Assembly (NCBI GenBank): GCA_035491895.1
Contig: DATJJY010000063.1
Location: 6,593 to 70,592, forward strand
Direction of reading: 5' to 3'
Length of the DNA: 64,000 bases
DNA from: Gemmatimonadales bacterium
GTDB taxonomy: Bacteria; Gemmatimonadota; Gemmatimonadetes; Gemmatimonadales; GWC2-71-9
The position numbers and the translations under genes are program-made. Below the pieces are notes generated by a model, which searched no databases, was not told the origin of the DNA, and saw only the letters and a program-made list of their open reading frames with translations. Positions 50,247 to 58,649 of the stretch are shown here, in pieces (positions within the stretch are counted from its first letter, which is position 1; each line of letters starts with the position of its first letter).

Positions 50247-50878
50247 TTCCGCTCCACGAAGCGATAGCTGGCGTGCGAATCGTAGTCGATGCCGTGCTTC
50301 TGCTTCAGCTGCTGGATGTAGCGGAGCTGGCTCTTCGTGTGCGGGCTCGCGACGCCGTCGCCCAGCGGCTCGAAGGTGTGGAGCAGGGTCTCCTCGAGGC
50401 AGCTCGAGAGACTCATGTGCTTGTGGGCAGCGAGGTCCTGGAGCACCGCCGCGAGTCGCTTCTCGAGCCGGACCGGGACATCCGTCCGCTCGATCTCCAG
50501 CGGCTCACCCGTGTTGTAGATGTAGTGCCCGAACGTGAGCCGGTAGCCGTACAGGTCGCGGATGCTGTAATCGCGCAGGCCATAGGGCCGGTCGGCCGGG
50601 GGCTCGTCGACGGTGACGCCCGCGGCGCGATGAAACGCATGCAGCGCGTCGGCGTCGCCGACGACGAAATACACCGATGTCCCGCTGGGAGCGGGCGCAC
50701 CCTGCTCCAGGAAGATCTGCACCTGGTCGAGGTTCATCCCGGCGAACGTGGGCGGCTCGCCGTAGACGAACCCGGCGTGGAAGCCGAGCTGCTTGGTGTA
50801 GAACTCGACCGCCCGGGCGACGTCGGTGACCGCGAGGCCGGCGTGATGCCGCTCGCAGTCGACGGGGGGCGCGGTCAC
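50243..50878 (-). CDS. VOC (glyoxalase/bleomycin-resistance fold) protein with C-terminal extension
   Basis: The start is trimmed to GTG 50878 (GTGA overlap). The VOC core is HHAGLAVTDVARAVEFYTKQLGF...RDLYGYRLTFG. An extra C-terminal region of about 85 aa has unknown affiliation. Confidence 0.75.
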   Translation of the reverse strand: MTAPPVDCERHHAGLAVTDVARAVEFYTKQLGFHAGFVYGEPPTFAGMNLDQVQIFLEQGAPAPSGTSVYFVVGDADALHAFHRAAGVTVDEPPADRPYGLRDYSIRDLYGYRLTFGHYIYNTGEPLEIERTDVPVRLEKRLAAVLQDLAAHKHMSLSSCLEETLLHTFEPLGDGVASPHTKSQLRYIQQLKQKHGIDYDSHASYRFVERK

Positions 50879-51057
50879 CGCTTCGCGCTCGAGAGTCGCA
50901 GCAGACGGAACGCCCAGATGGACAATCCCGCAGCCAGGAACGTGAGGACCCACAGGGTCGGTTCCCGCAGTGCTCCGCCCTCGGTGATGAAACGCAACAC
51001 GTGTGACGCGACGATCAGTGCGAAGACGGTGCCGGTGGTGATGAGGTAGGCTTTCAT
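50875..51057 (-). CDS. small two-TM membrane protein
   Basis: ATG 51057. The protein is MKAYLITTGTVFALIVASHVLRFITEGGALREPTLWVLTFLAAGLSIWAFRLLRLSSAKR (60 aa). It is translationally coupled to the VOC gene. The call rests on hydrophobicity and coupling only. Confidence 0.45.
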   Translation of the reverse strand: MKAYLITTGTVFALIVASHVLRFITEGGALREPTLWVLTFLAAGLSIWAFRLLRLSSAKR

Positions 51058-51271
51058 GTCGCGCAGACGCCCGGATGAAGTTGGGTCTCGAATATTGTCC
51101 GGCCGTCCAAACTTGGCGAGGAGGGGTCGGATCGTTAACCCCGGGGCGCGCCGGCGAGAAGGACGGCGACCGCGCAAGAGAACGGATGCATACACGAGCT
51201 CCAGGAAAGGGAATGAGAGAGCCTTCCCGGGGTGGACGACCGAAGACGGCAGACTTGCACACGGCGTGAGG

Positions 51272-51895
51272 CTAGGCGGGGACCCCGTCGAAGAAGTCGA
51301 CCTCTCCCGTGTCCAGCGAATACTCCGCACCGACGATGACCAGCCCGTCCCGCTGCACGAGCCGCTCCAGGATTTCCGAGCCGTGCCGCAGGTGATCCGT
51401 CGCGGCGCGGACGTTCGCCCGCACCGCCTGCGCGATCAGTGCGTCCGGATCCTGGCCCAGCGGGGTGGAGAGCAGCGGCTCGACGGACGGGCGAATCCGG
51501 TCGACGATCGATCGCAGATTGGGCGAGCGGCTCGGGACCGGCTGCTGCAGCTCCTCGAGCGTTGCGGTGACGGCTCCGCACCGCGTGTGACCGAGCACGA
51601 CCGCGAGCCGGACCCCGAGCTTCCCTGCGGCAAACTCCACGCTGCCGACTTGAGACGGGGCCACGATGTTTCCGGCGACGCGGATCACGAACAGATCCCC
51701 GAAGCCTTGCCCGAACACCAGCTCGGCGGGGACACGGGAGTCCGAGCATCCCAGAATGACGGCGAACGGCTCCTGCGCCTGCGCGAGGGCGTTGCGGCGC
51801 GACTCGTCGAGCGCACCGGCGAGATCGAGCCGGCCGGAGACGAAACGCTGGTTGCCGTCGCGCAACCGCGCCAGGGCTGCGGCGCCGGAGATCAC
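51272..51895 (-). CDS. beta-class carbonic anhydrase
   Basis: The start is trimmed to GTG 51895 (GTGA overlap). Zinc-ligand motifs: GCSDSRVPAE and GHTRCGAV. The rest of the 546-aa track ORF overlaps the DUF418 gene in another frame. Confidence 0.85.
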   Translation of the reverse strand: MISGAAALARLRDGNQRFVSGRLDLAGALDESRRNALAQAQEPFAVILGCSDSRVPAELVFGQGFGDLFVIRVAGNIVAPSQVGSVEFAAGKLGVRLAVVLGHTRCGAVTATLEELQQPVPSRSPNLRSIVDRIRPSVEPLLSTPLGQDPDALIAQAVRANVRAATDHLRHGSEILERLVQRDGLVIVGAEYSLDTGEVDFFDGVPA

Positions 51896-53124
51896 GCCAC
51901 GCGACGCAGCGGTTGCGGCCGCGCGTACGTCAAGGTCCGCCACACCCACTCCAGCGGTCCGAAGCGAAACCGCGTGAGCCACGCACCGCTGAACAACACC
52001 TCGATACTGAACAGCAACACGGCTGCGACGACGTAGAGATAGGGCCGCAGCCTGAGTCCAAACCCGTACCCGCTCGACAAGACATCCAGCGCCGCCGCCT
52101 GGAACATGTAGTTGGTCAGGGCCATCCGTCCGGTCCACCCGAATGCCCGGAGCCGCACCGTCCAGATCGGCCGGTAGGCCAGCAACAACACCACGGCGCC
52201 GATGTAGGTGAAGCACAGCCACTGATCCTGCACCAGCCCGAACCCGTACGCGATCGGCCAGTCGGCGCCGGGAATGGATGGTGTGGGGATGTTTCGCAGC
52301 ACGAGCCACGCCATCCCCCAGGAGAGCGCCCCGAAGATCATCCACCCGACGATAGTGCGGACGTGCCGCGTCGGCTGATCGAGTATTTCGTGCCGCACCG
52401 CCAACAGGCCGAGTATGAACAAAGCGAGGTTCACGTCCGGCAGAAGATCCCGCCAAGTCCCCGGGTGAGTACCCACGAAAAGCGACCAGCGCGCCGCGAG
52501 CAGCGTGAAGTAGTTCGCCTGGTGAGTAGCCGCCTCCACTGCCTGATAGAGCGCAGCGGTCGCTGGAGCCGCGGTGGCCGCACCGCTCGCTCCGGACAGC
52601 GCGCTGACCTCTGCTATGACAGGCTTGAGGCACGCCGCGAGCACGGCGGTGATGAGGAGTGCGCGCGTCGACCACTTCCTCAGGACGAGCAGCGCCACGC
52701 CCCATGCGGCGTAGGCGAAGAGGATAGTGAAGCCGAACCCGACCTCGGCGATGATGCCGAAGGCGGCGAGCGTTGCGAGCCGGCGCAGGTAGATGGGAAC
52801 GACTGGAGCCCCTCGGGCTTCGAGCCGGCGCAACAGAATCGCGAAGCCGACGCCGAACAGGAAGGCGAACGTGCCCCAGGCCTTCTGCTCCACTCCGACC
52901 CACACGCCCCACGGGATCAGGTCCTCGATGCCCGTGACCTCGAGGCGCATCTTCTGGTGAAAGTGCACCAGAATCATGCCGAACAGCGCCAGGCCGCGGA
53001 GAATGTCGATCGCGTGCAGCCGCTCGGCGGCATCGAGCGGCGCAGCCGCGATCCCGGGTGCGGTGGGCGTTGGCGTGGTCATACGTGGGCGGCCTAAACT
53101 GCTACCGCTCCCGGCCGCCATCAA
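51892..53124 (-). CDS. DUF418/YeiB-like membrane protein
   Basis: ERLHAIDILRGLALFGMILVHF plus about 9 TM segments. The start is uncertain (ATG options at 53124 or about 13 codons downstream). Confidence 0.75.
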   Translation of the reverse strand: MMAAGSGSSLGRPRMTTPTPTAPGIAAAPLDAAERLHAIDILRGLALFGMILVHFHQKMRLEVTGIEDLIPWGVWVGVEQKAWGTFAFLFGVGFAILLRRLEARGAPVVPIYLRRLATLAAFGIIAEVGFGFTILFAYAAWGVALLVLRKWSTRALLITAVLAACLKPVIAEVSALSGASGAATAAPATAALYQAVEAATHQANYFTLLAARWSLFVGTHPGTWRDLLPDVNLALFILGLLAVRHEILDQPTRHVRTIVGWMIFGALSWGMAWLVLRNIPTPSIPGADWPIAYGFGLVQDQWLCFTYIGAVVLLLAYRPIWTVRLRAFGWTGRMALTNYMFQAAALDVLSSGYGFGLRLRPYLYVVAAVLLFSIEVLFSGAWLTRFRFGPLEWVWRTLTYARPQPLRRVA

Positions 53125-53138
53125 GCCACCTGGTCGGA

Positions 53139-53903
53139 TTACCCGTGCAGGGGCGTGACGCGCTCGTCCGTGAAGCTCAGGGCCCGCGCGGTGATGTCGT
53201 ACCGCACCCGGAGCACGCTGTGGGTTCGCGTGTCGACCCAGACGGTCGCGGGCGCTCCCGGCACGCCGACGCTCACGATCCAGACGTCGCGCTCCCCGAG
53301 CTGCGCGAACGCGACGGTGGCGCGGTCGCGCACCGCGACCGGCATCGAGACCCGGCCGCCGCGCTCATAAATGAAGAAGGGCAGCTCGGTCGAAAATCCC
53401 GCGTGCAGCGGCAACGCCGCCACCACCAGGTCGATCACGTTGGAGTCGAAGATCGGTCCACCGACGGATTGCCGCACGGGCGACACCGAGTCACCGGCGG
53501 GGCGGATCGCCGTCACCGTTCCCTGGGCGTCGTTGCCCTCGAAGGTGAAGCGCATGGTGCGCGTCGGCTGATGCGAACTGTGGGCCACGGCGCGCAGCGT
53601 GGCAAGCTCCGCGACCGCAGTATCGACGATCTCGCCACCGCCACCTGGGAAGCGTTGCTCGACCTGGAGCAGCGAGCGATTCGCAGCCGACCGGACGACC
53701 TGCAGCACGACGGTGCGCGTGCCCGCGGCACTGTCCCGATCGGCATGCGTGATGGTGCGTTGATACACGATCGTGTCGAGTCCTGCAGCCGGATCGAAGT
53801 GGAGCGCGAGGCCCGGCACGACGGTCGATTCGGTACGCTGCACATGGGCGCACCCGGGTACGATCAGAATCAGGAGACAGGAGAGGCAGGAACGGCGAGC
53901 CAT
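53139..53903 (-). CDS. hypothetical lipoprotein
   Basis: The lipobox is MARRSCLSCLLILIVPGC. The mature part is beta-rich. No family recognised. Confidence 0.6.
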   Translation of the reverse strand: MARRSCLSCLLILIVPGCAHVQRTESTVVPGLALHFDPAAGLDTIVYQRTITHADRDSAAGTRTVVLQVVRSAANRSLLQVEQRFPGGGGEIVDTAVAELATLRAVAHSSHQPTRTMRFTFEGNDAQGTVTAIRPAGDSVSPVRQSVGGPIFDSNVIDLVVAALPLHAGFSTELPFFIYERGGRVSMPVAVRDRATVAFAQLGERDVWIVSVGVPGAPATVWVDTRTHSVLRVRYDITARALSFTDERVTPLHG

Positions 53904-53986
53904 ACGGCATTTCCCCGATGAGGTCGCTCCTCAGATGCGGGGTGACCGAGCCGGGTCGCCTGCGATCGTACCGCCTGACCAATTGC

Positions 53987-54646
53987 TCACACTCGGGCGA
54001 CCCCCTTGAGGAGGAGCCAGAACCCGAGCGGGATCTCGAACGCCGCCATTGGTAACCACATCAGCTGGGTCAGGGGACCGTGGAGAACGTCTGCGAGTTG
54101 TAATGGCAGCCCCACGACGAGCAGGACAGACGCCAGCACGCCGAGCCGTGCCAGTGCGATCGGAATGGCCCGGCCGCGCAGCAGGAGCCAGGAGAAGAGC
54201 GTGCTGCCCACGGCAAAGAAGAGTGCGCTGACGAGCGGGGTCTGCTCGAGCACGAACGCGGCCAGCGCCTGAGTGGCCGCGCCGTCCGGCGCCGCTTGTC
54301 CCGTGGCCGTGGCAAGCTGGAGCAATGCCACGGTCGCCGGGATGGAGGCGGCACCGATCAGGCCCTCCCCGACGCGACACGTCAAGCCCAGCAGGGCGAG
54401 ATCGGGATCCTCGTCGCGCGTGATGGCGTAGAGCGTCACGGCCAGGACCAGAGCGGAAAAGCACCCGCCCAGCGAGAGCACGACGGCGAGGCGCAGGTCT
54501 GCTGCGTGCCGGGCGATGCCGGCCAGCTGCGCGGCGAGTCCCGTGCCGCTCGTCGCCCGGTTGAACAGGACCATGCTCGGGAATGCGACCGCGATGTAGA
54601 ACAGGAACGTGAAGCCCGCGAGTCTCGCGTTCGTGGTGCGCGTCAT
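53987..54646 (-). CDS. DUF4386-like membrane protein
   Basis: ARLAGFTFLFYIAVAFPSMVL plus 5-6 further TM segments. The pattern matches my memory of DUF4386. Confidence 0.65.
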   Translation of the reverse strand: MTRTTNARLAGFTFLFYIAVAFPSMVLFNRATSGTGLAAQLAGIARHAADLRLAVVLSLGGCFSALVLAVTLYAITRDEDPDLALLGLTCRVGEGLIGAASIPATVALLQLATATGQAAPDGAATQALAAFVLEQTPLVSALFFAVGSTLFSWLLLRGRAIPIALARLGVLASVLLVVGLPLQLADVLHGPLTQLMWLPMAAFEIPLGFWLLLKGVARV

Positions 54647-54656
54647 GGGTGTCCTC

Positions 54657-57383
54657 CTACGCCGAACGCATGGCGATGGCCGGGTCGATGCGTGACGCCC
54701 TGAGTGCTGGAATCCAGCACGCGACGATCCCGATCGCCATCATCAGCAGCGCCACACCGACGAACGTCGCGGGATCGCGCGGCGCGACCCCGAACAGCAG
54801 GCCGCGAACGAGGCCGGTGGCGAAGAAGGCACCGGCGACGCCCAGCACCAGTCCCAGGGCAAGCAACACGCCCCCCTCCCAGAGAATCATCCGCTGCACC
54901 TGACCGCGGTCGGCTCCCAGGGACATCCGGATCCCGATCTCCGTGGTCCGCGCGCTCACCGAAAACGCCAGCACGCCGGCGATCCCCACGGCGGCGATGA
55001 TCAATGCCAGGATGCCGAACGACGACACGAGCTCGGCGTTGAGACGCCGGGGCGAGACGCTCTGGTCCTTGATCTGGGCCACCGTCAGCACGCGCACGAT
55101 CGGCGCCGCCGGCGCGATGCGATGCACGATGCGCGTCGCCGCGGCGACCAGGCCCGGGGCATTGCTGTCGGCCCGGATCACCAGCGCGCCGCCGATCGAC
55201 AACATCTGTGCGAACGGCATGAACACCGAGGCACGGGGCTCCGCGTCCAGCCCGCCGTCGCGTGTATTGCCGCTGACCCCGACGATGGTGCGCCAGTCGC
55301 CGCTGATGGGGCTGAGCTTGAGCAGTGGGCCGGTCCACGCGATCCGCTTCCCGATCGGGTCTTCACCGGGGAAGAACTTGTCGGCGAACGTCTTGTTGAC
55401 GATCACCACGAGCCCCGAGCCGGCTCGATCGGTGCTGGTGAACTCGCGGCCCAGGAGGAGCGGAGTCCCGGAAGCTCGGAAGTATTCGGGGCTCGCCGTG
55501 CGAACGTCGGCGCGCGGCATGGCTTCGCCCACGGCGAGGGGCTGGCCTTCCGCCTTTACATCGAAGATCAACATCGAGGCCGCCAGCGGAATGCTGGAGC
55601 CCAATCCCGCTTCGGTGACGCCGGGGAGCGCCCGGATCTCGCTCCGCATGCGCTCGTACTGTTCCTTGGCCGCGACGTCCAGCTCCATGATGTGCCGGAA
55701 CCACGCCATCGGGTCGGTTCCGCCGCTCGGGCCCCCGCTCAGCTGCAGCAGCGGCACATCCATGGCAAACACTTCCTCGGCCACGAGACCGCTGTCCACC
55801 TCGGACAGCCGGATCATCGTACGGGTGAGCAGGCCGGCGCCGGCGAGCAGTACGACGGACACCGCGACCTGCGCCACGACGAGTCCGCGCTGCAGTCGCT
55901 GCTTGCGCAGCGATCCGCTCATCCGCCGTACGCCCGCGGAGATCCAGGCAGCGAACGTGCCTTCCTTCGGCAGGGACGCGATGAACGAGAGCAGCAGGGC
56001 GAGCGCGACCGACAACGCGAGCGTGAAGCCGAGCACGACGCCGTCGAGCCGGATCTCGCCGGCGCGGGGCGAGTAGCGCGCCGCGAGCGAGACGAGCAGC
56101 CGCACGCCGACCAGCGCAATCACCACGCCGAACACGGCGCCGAGCAGGGTGAGGACGAGATTCTCGACCAGCAAGAGCCGCCGCAGCCTGGCGACCCCCG
56201 CGCCGAGAGCCGCGCGGACCACCAGCTCGTGCTCCCGGCGCACGCCGCGCATCAGCGTCAGGTTCGCGACGTTGGCGGCGGAAATGATCATGACGAACGC
56301 GGCCGCTGCCATGAGGAGCCAGAGCGTCAGCCGGGCGCGCTCGCCCAGCGCCTCCTTGAAAGGCGTGACCGCGATGCGATAGTGGGATCCCGGGTTATAG
56401 GCTTCCGTGTAGTCGTTTTGCAAACGTGTGTAGACCGCGGCGACTTCCGTCCGTGCCTGCGCCACGGTGGCTCCCGGTGCGAGCCGGGCGACGACCTCGG
56501 TCATGCGGTGCGACCGGTTCTGCACCATCATCGCGCTCACATGATGCGGGCTCACGACCATGTTGAGCAGCGCATCGATCCGATCGGGGAAGAACGGGGC
56601 CGGTTGGAGCACGCCGATGACCGTCACCGACTGGCCGTCCAGCTTTACCTGCCGGCCGACGACGCCGGGATCGCCGCCGAAGCGTTTGATCCAGAAATCG
56701 TGCGTGAGCACCATGACCGGCGGAACGCCGGCGCCGTCGTCGCTGGGGCGCGTCAGCCGGCCCAGGACCGGCGAGAGCCCCATGACGTCGAAGTAGTTCC
56801 CGGTCACGAGTCCCACGTCGAGGCGGACTGCGTCGTTGTCGCCCTGCAGGGTGAGATTCCACGGAGAGTATTCGGCGATGCCACCCAGCGACGGAACGCC
56901 GGTGCGGAGATCGTGCACCTCCGGAACGGAGAAGGAGATGTTGGCTTGCCCGGGGCCGTCGGCCGACTGCCGCAGGTAGAGCAGCCGATCGCCGTCACGG
57001 TTGGGAAGCGGTTTGAGCAGCACACCGTGGACGACGCTGAAGATCGCGGTGTTGGCGCCGATCCCGAGTGCCAGCGTCAGTACGACCACGGTTGTGAACG
57101 CTGGGCTGCGTCGCAGCGTGCGCAACGCGTATCGGACATCGGCTACCACACTCTCGAGCCACGGGAGCCCGCGCTGATCGCGCACCGCCTCCGCCGCCTG
57201 CGTGAGCCCGCCGGAGGCGAGCAGCGCCCGGCGGCGCGCCTCGTCCGGCGCCATACCGCGCCGGATGTACTCGGCCGCCTCCATGTCGAGGTGTGCCTGC
57301 AACTCTTCCTTGAGATCGTCGTCGGCGCGGTCTTTGGTGAAGAAGCCAGCCAACCGCGCGAGCGCGGCGCGAATGTGTCTCAT
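54657..57383 (-). CDS. ADOP family duplicated FtsX/MacB-type permease
   Basis: The start is trimmed to ATG 57383 (ATGA overlap with the padR stop). The N-terminal cytoplasmic helix is DDLKEELQAHLDMEAAEYIRRGMAPDEARRRA, then LRRSPAFTTVVVLTLALGIGANTAIFSV. There are two MacB-like periplasmic domains and two FtsX 4-TM modules. Confidence 0.9.
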   Translation of the reverse strand: MRHIRAALARLAGFFTKDRADDDLKEELQAHLDMEAAEYIRRGMAPDEARRRALLASGGLTQAAEAVRDQRGLPWLESVVADVRYALRTLRRSPAFTTVVVLTLALGIGANTAIFSVVHGVLLKPLPNRDGDRLLYLRQSADGPGQANISFSVPEVHDLRTGVPSLGGIAEYSPWNLTLQGDNDAVRLDVGLVTGNYFDVMGLSPVLGRLTRPSDDGAGVPPVMVLTHDFWIKRFGGDPGVVGRQVKLDGQSVTVIGVLQPAPFFPDRIDALLNMVVSPHHVSAMMVQNRSHRMTEVVARLAPGATVAQARTEVAAVYTRLQNDYTEAYNPGSHYRIAVTPFKEALGERARLTLWLLMAAAAFVMIISAANVANLTLMRGVRREHELVVRAALGAGVARLRRLLLVENLVLTLLGAVFGVVIALVGVRLLVSLAARYSPRAGEIRLDGVVLGFTLALSVALALLLSFIASLPKEGTFAAWISAGVRRMSGSLRKQRLQRGLVVAQVAVSVVLLAGAGLLTRTMIRLSEVDSGLVAEEVFAMDVPLLQLSGGPSGGTDPMAWFRHIMELDVAAKEQYERMRSEIRALPGVTEAGLGSSIPLAASMLIFDVKAEGQPLAVGEAMPRADVRTASPEYFRASGTPLLLGREFTSTDRAGSGLVVIVNKTFADKFFPGEDPIGKRIAWTGPLLKLSPISGDWRTIVGVSGNTRDGGLDAEPRASVFMPFAQMLSIGGALVIRADSNAPGLVAAATRIVHRIAPAAPIVRVLTVAQIKDQSVSPRRLNAELVSSFGILALIIAAVGIAGVLAFSVSARTTEIGIRMSLGADRGQVQRMILWEGGVLLALGLVLGVAGAFFATGLVRGLLFGVAPRDPATFVGVALLMMAIGIVACWIPALRASRIDPAIAMRSA

Positions 57384-57712
57384 GGAGCCTCCCGGCGGGG
57401 CGCGAGAAAGGCGGCGATCAGATCGGCGGTCTCGTGCCATTCACGGGTTTCGCGCGCCAGCCGTTTGCGCCCCGCGGCGGTGAGCGCGTAGAACTTCGCG
57501 CGCCGATTGTTTTCGGATTGGCGCCATTCCGCTGCGATAAAGCCCTCCTGTTCGAGCTTCAGGAGGGCGGGGTAGAGCGTGCCGTAGTTGAGGGTGAGGC
57601 GGTGCCGACTCGTTTCCTCGATGCGGCGGGCGATACCGTAGCCGTGCAGGGACCCCAGGACCTCGAGGGTTCTGAGGATCATCAAGGCGAGGGTACCCTG
57701 TTGGACGTCCAT
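57380..57712 (-). CDS. PadR family transcriptional regulator
   Basis: The protein reads LALMILRTLEVLGSLHGYGIARRIEETSRHRLTLNYGTLYPALLKLEQEGFIAAEWRQSENNRRAKFYALTAAGRKRL. Confidence 0.9.
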   Translation of the reverse strand: MDVQQGTLALMILRTLEVLGSLHGYGIARRIEETSRHRLTLNYGTLYPALLKLEQEGFIAAEWRQSENNRRAKFYALTAAGRKRLARETREWHETADLIAAFLAPRREAP

Positions 57713-57725
57713 GTCCCCGGTCCTT

Positions 57726-57750
57726 CGTCATATGGGATACCCATATGACG
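57726..57750. promoter_or_regulatory. perfect 25-bp palindrome upstream of padR (candidate PadR operator)
   Basis: CGTCATATGGG-ATA-CCCATATGACG, read directly. It has 11-bp perfect arms and lies 14-38 nt upstream of the padR start codon (57712). Confidence 0.6.
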
Positions 57751-57786
57751 GGAGGGGCCGAGGAAAGGTTTCAGGCGAGTGGCGCT

Positions 57787-58077
57787 CTACGGCTTTTCGG
57801 TGGGACTCCCCAGTTGCTGCTGGGCCTCACGCGAGCGGCCTAGCATCCGCTCCACGAAATCCAGCCGTTCCTCCAGCTGCTCCACCCGGACGTCTGCGTG
57901 CTGCTGCTCGGCGAGCCAGGCACGAATAGCGTCGACCTCTTCAGCGGTGAGCTGACCCTCACTCGATGTCGCCCCCATTCGCTTGATGCGACCGATCGCC
58001 AGGACGATGGTCCAGATGACGGTCACCGCCGCTCCGGTGAAGGAGAGCAACATGACCAGGAAGTCGCCGATGCCCAT
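57787..58077 (-). CDS. small single-pass membrane protein with coiled C-terminus
   Basis: The protein is MGIGDFLVMLLSFTGAAVTVIWTIVLAIG followed by a charged helical tail. It has an ATG start. No family recognised. Confidence 0.5.
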   Translation of the reverse strand: MGIGDFLVMLLSFTGAAVTVIWTIVLAIGRIKRMGATSSEGQLTAEEVDAIRAWLAEQQHADVRVEQLEERLDFVERMLGRSREAQQQLGSPTEKP

Positions 58078-58116
58078 GGGGTTAGCCTTTCCGTACGCGT
58101 GCGCAGGAGGGGAGTT

Positions 58117-58515
58117 TCACGCCTGTCTCTTCCGCGCTCGCGGCCGCCGTTTCAGCTCCAGGTCTTTCGGGGCCTGGCAGCGCCACGCCTCCGTGATGAT
58201 CGGTCTGAGCTCACCAACGGTAATCGCCGCCAAACGAATGAGAACGGCAGGGAATCCGTTGTAATGCGGCTCGGTGAAGAACTTTTCCGGGTCGAGCGCG
58301 AGCAGAATCTCCTTGTCGTCGAGATTGGCGACTCTGGCGGCGATGACTTTCGGCTGCGGCACGCGCGCTTTCTTCGGGTGGACGCGCTCCATCCACACCC
58401 AGACGAAGCCCTTCAGTTTGCCCTTGTTGCGAACCGAGAACGCGAAGTGGTTCGGCGACTCCACAGTGCCGGGCAACGACAGGGCGATGCGGCGCACGTC
58501 CGCCTGAGTCGCCAT
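58117..58515 (-). CDS. MmcQ/YjbR family protein
   Basis: DVRRIALSLPGTVE...FFTEPHYNGFPAVLIRLAAI...EAWRCQAP matches the YjbR-like pattern. It is the second paralogue in the window. Confidence 0.7.
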   Translation of the reverse strand: MATQADVRRIALSLPGTVESPNHFAFSVRNKGKLKGFVWVWMERVHPKKARVPQPKVIAARVANLDDKEILLALDPEKFFTEPHYNGFPAVLIRLAAITVGELRPIITEAWRCQAPKDLELKRRPRARKRQA

Positions 58516-58649
58516 TCGAGCGCCTCCTGATATGACTCAGTGTAAGCGTCGAATCGCAACTCGGTGAGACCTGACAGGATGGAGCGGCGGCGAAACCGGC
58601 TTTCTACGGCGGCCGTAGGGTACGGATCCCCCAGTCCATCGGCATCGTC

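Noticed and set aside
51896-52912. Upstream 339 codons of track ORF 51272-52912 (carbonic anhydrase frame)
   Set aside because: They overlap the DUF418 membrane-protein gene. Beta-carbonic-anhydrase homology starts only after the GTG at 51895, which forms a GTGA overlap.
55122-57491. 789-aa plus-strand ORF antisense to the first ADOP permease; also 54943-56076
   Set aside because: They lie antisense to a well-supported permease gene and have a biased Arg/Gly/His/Glu composition with no motifs.
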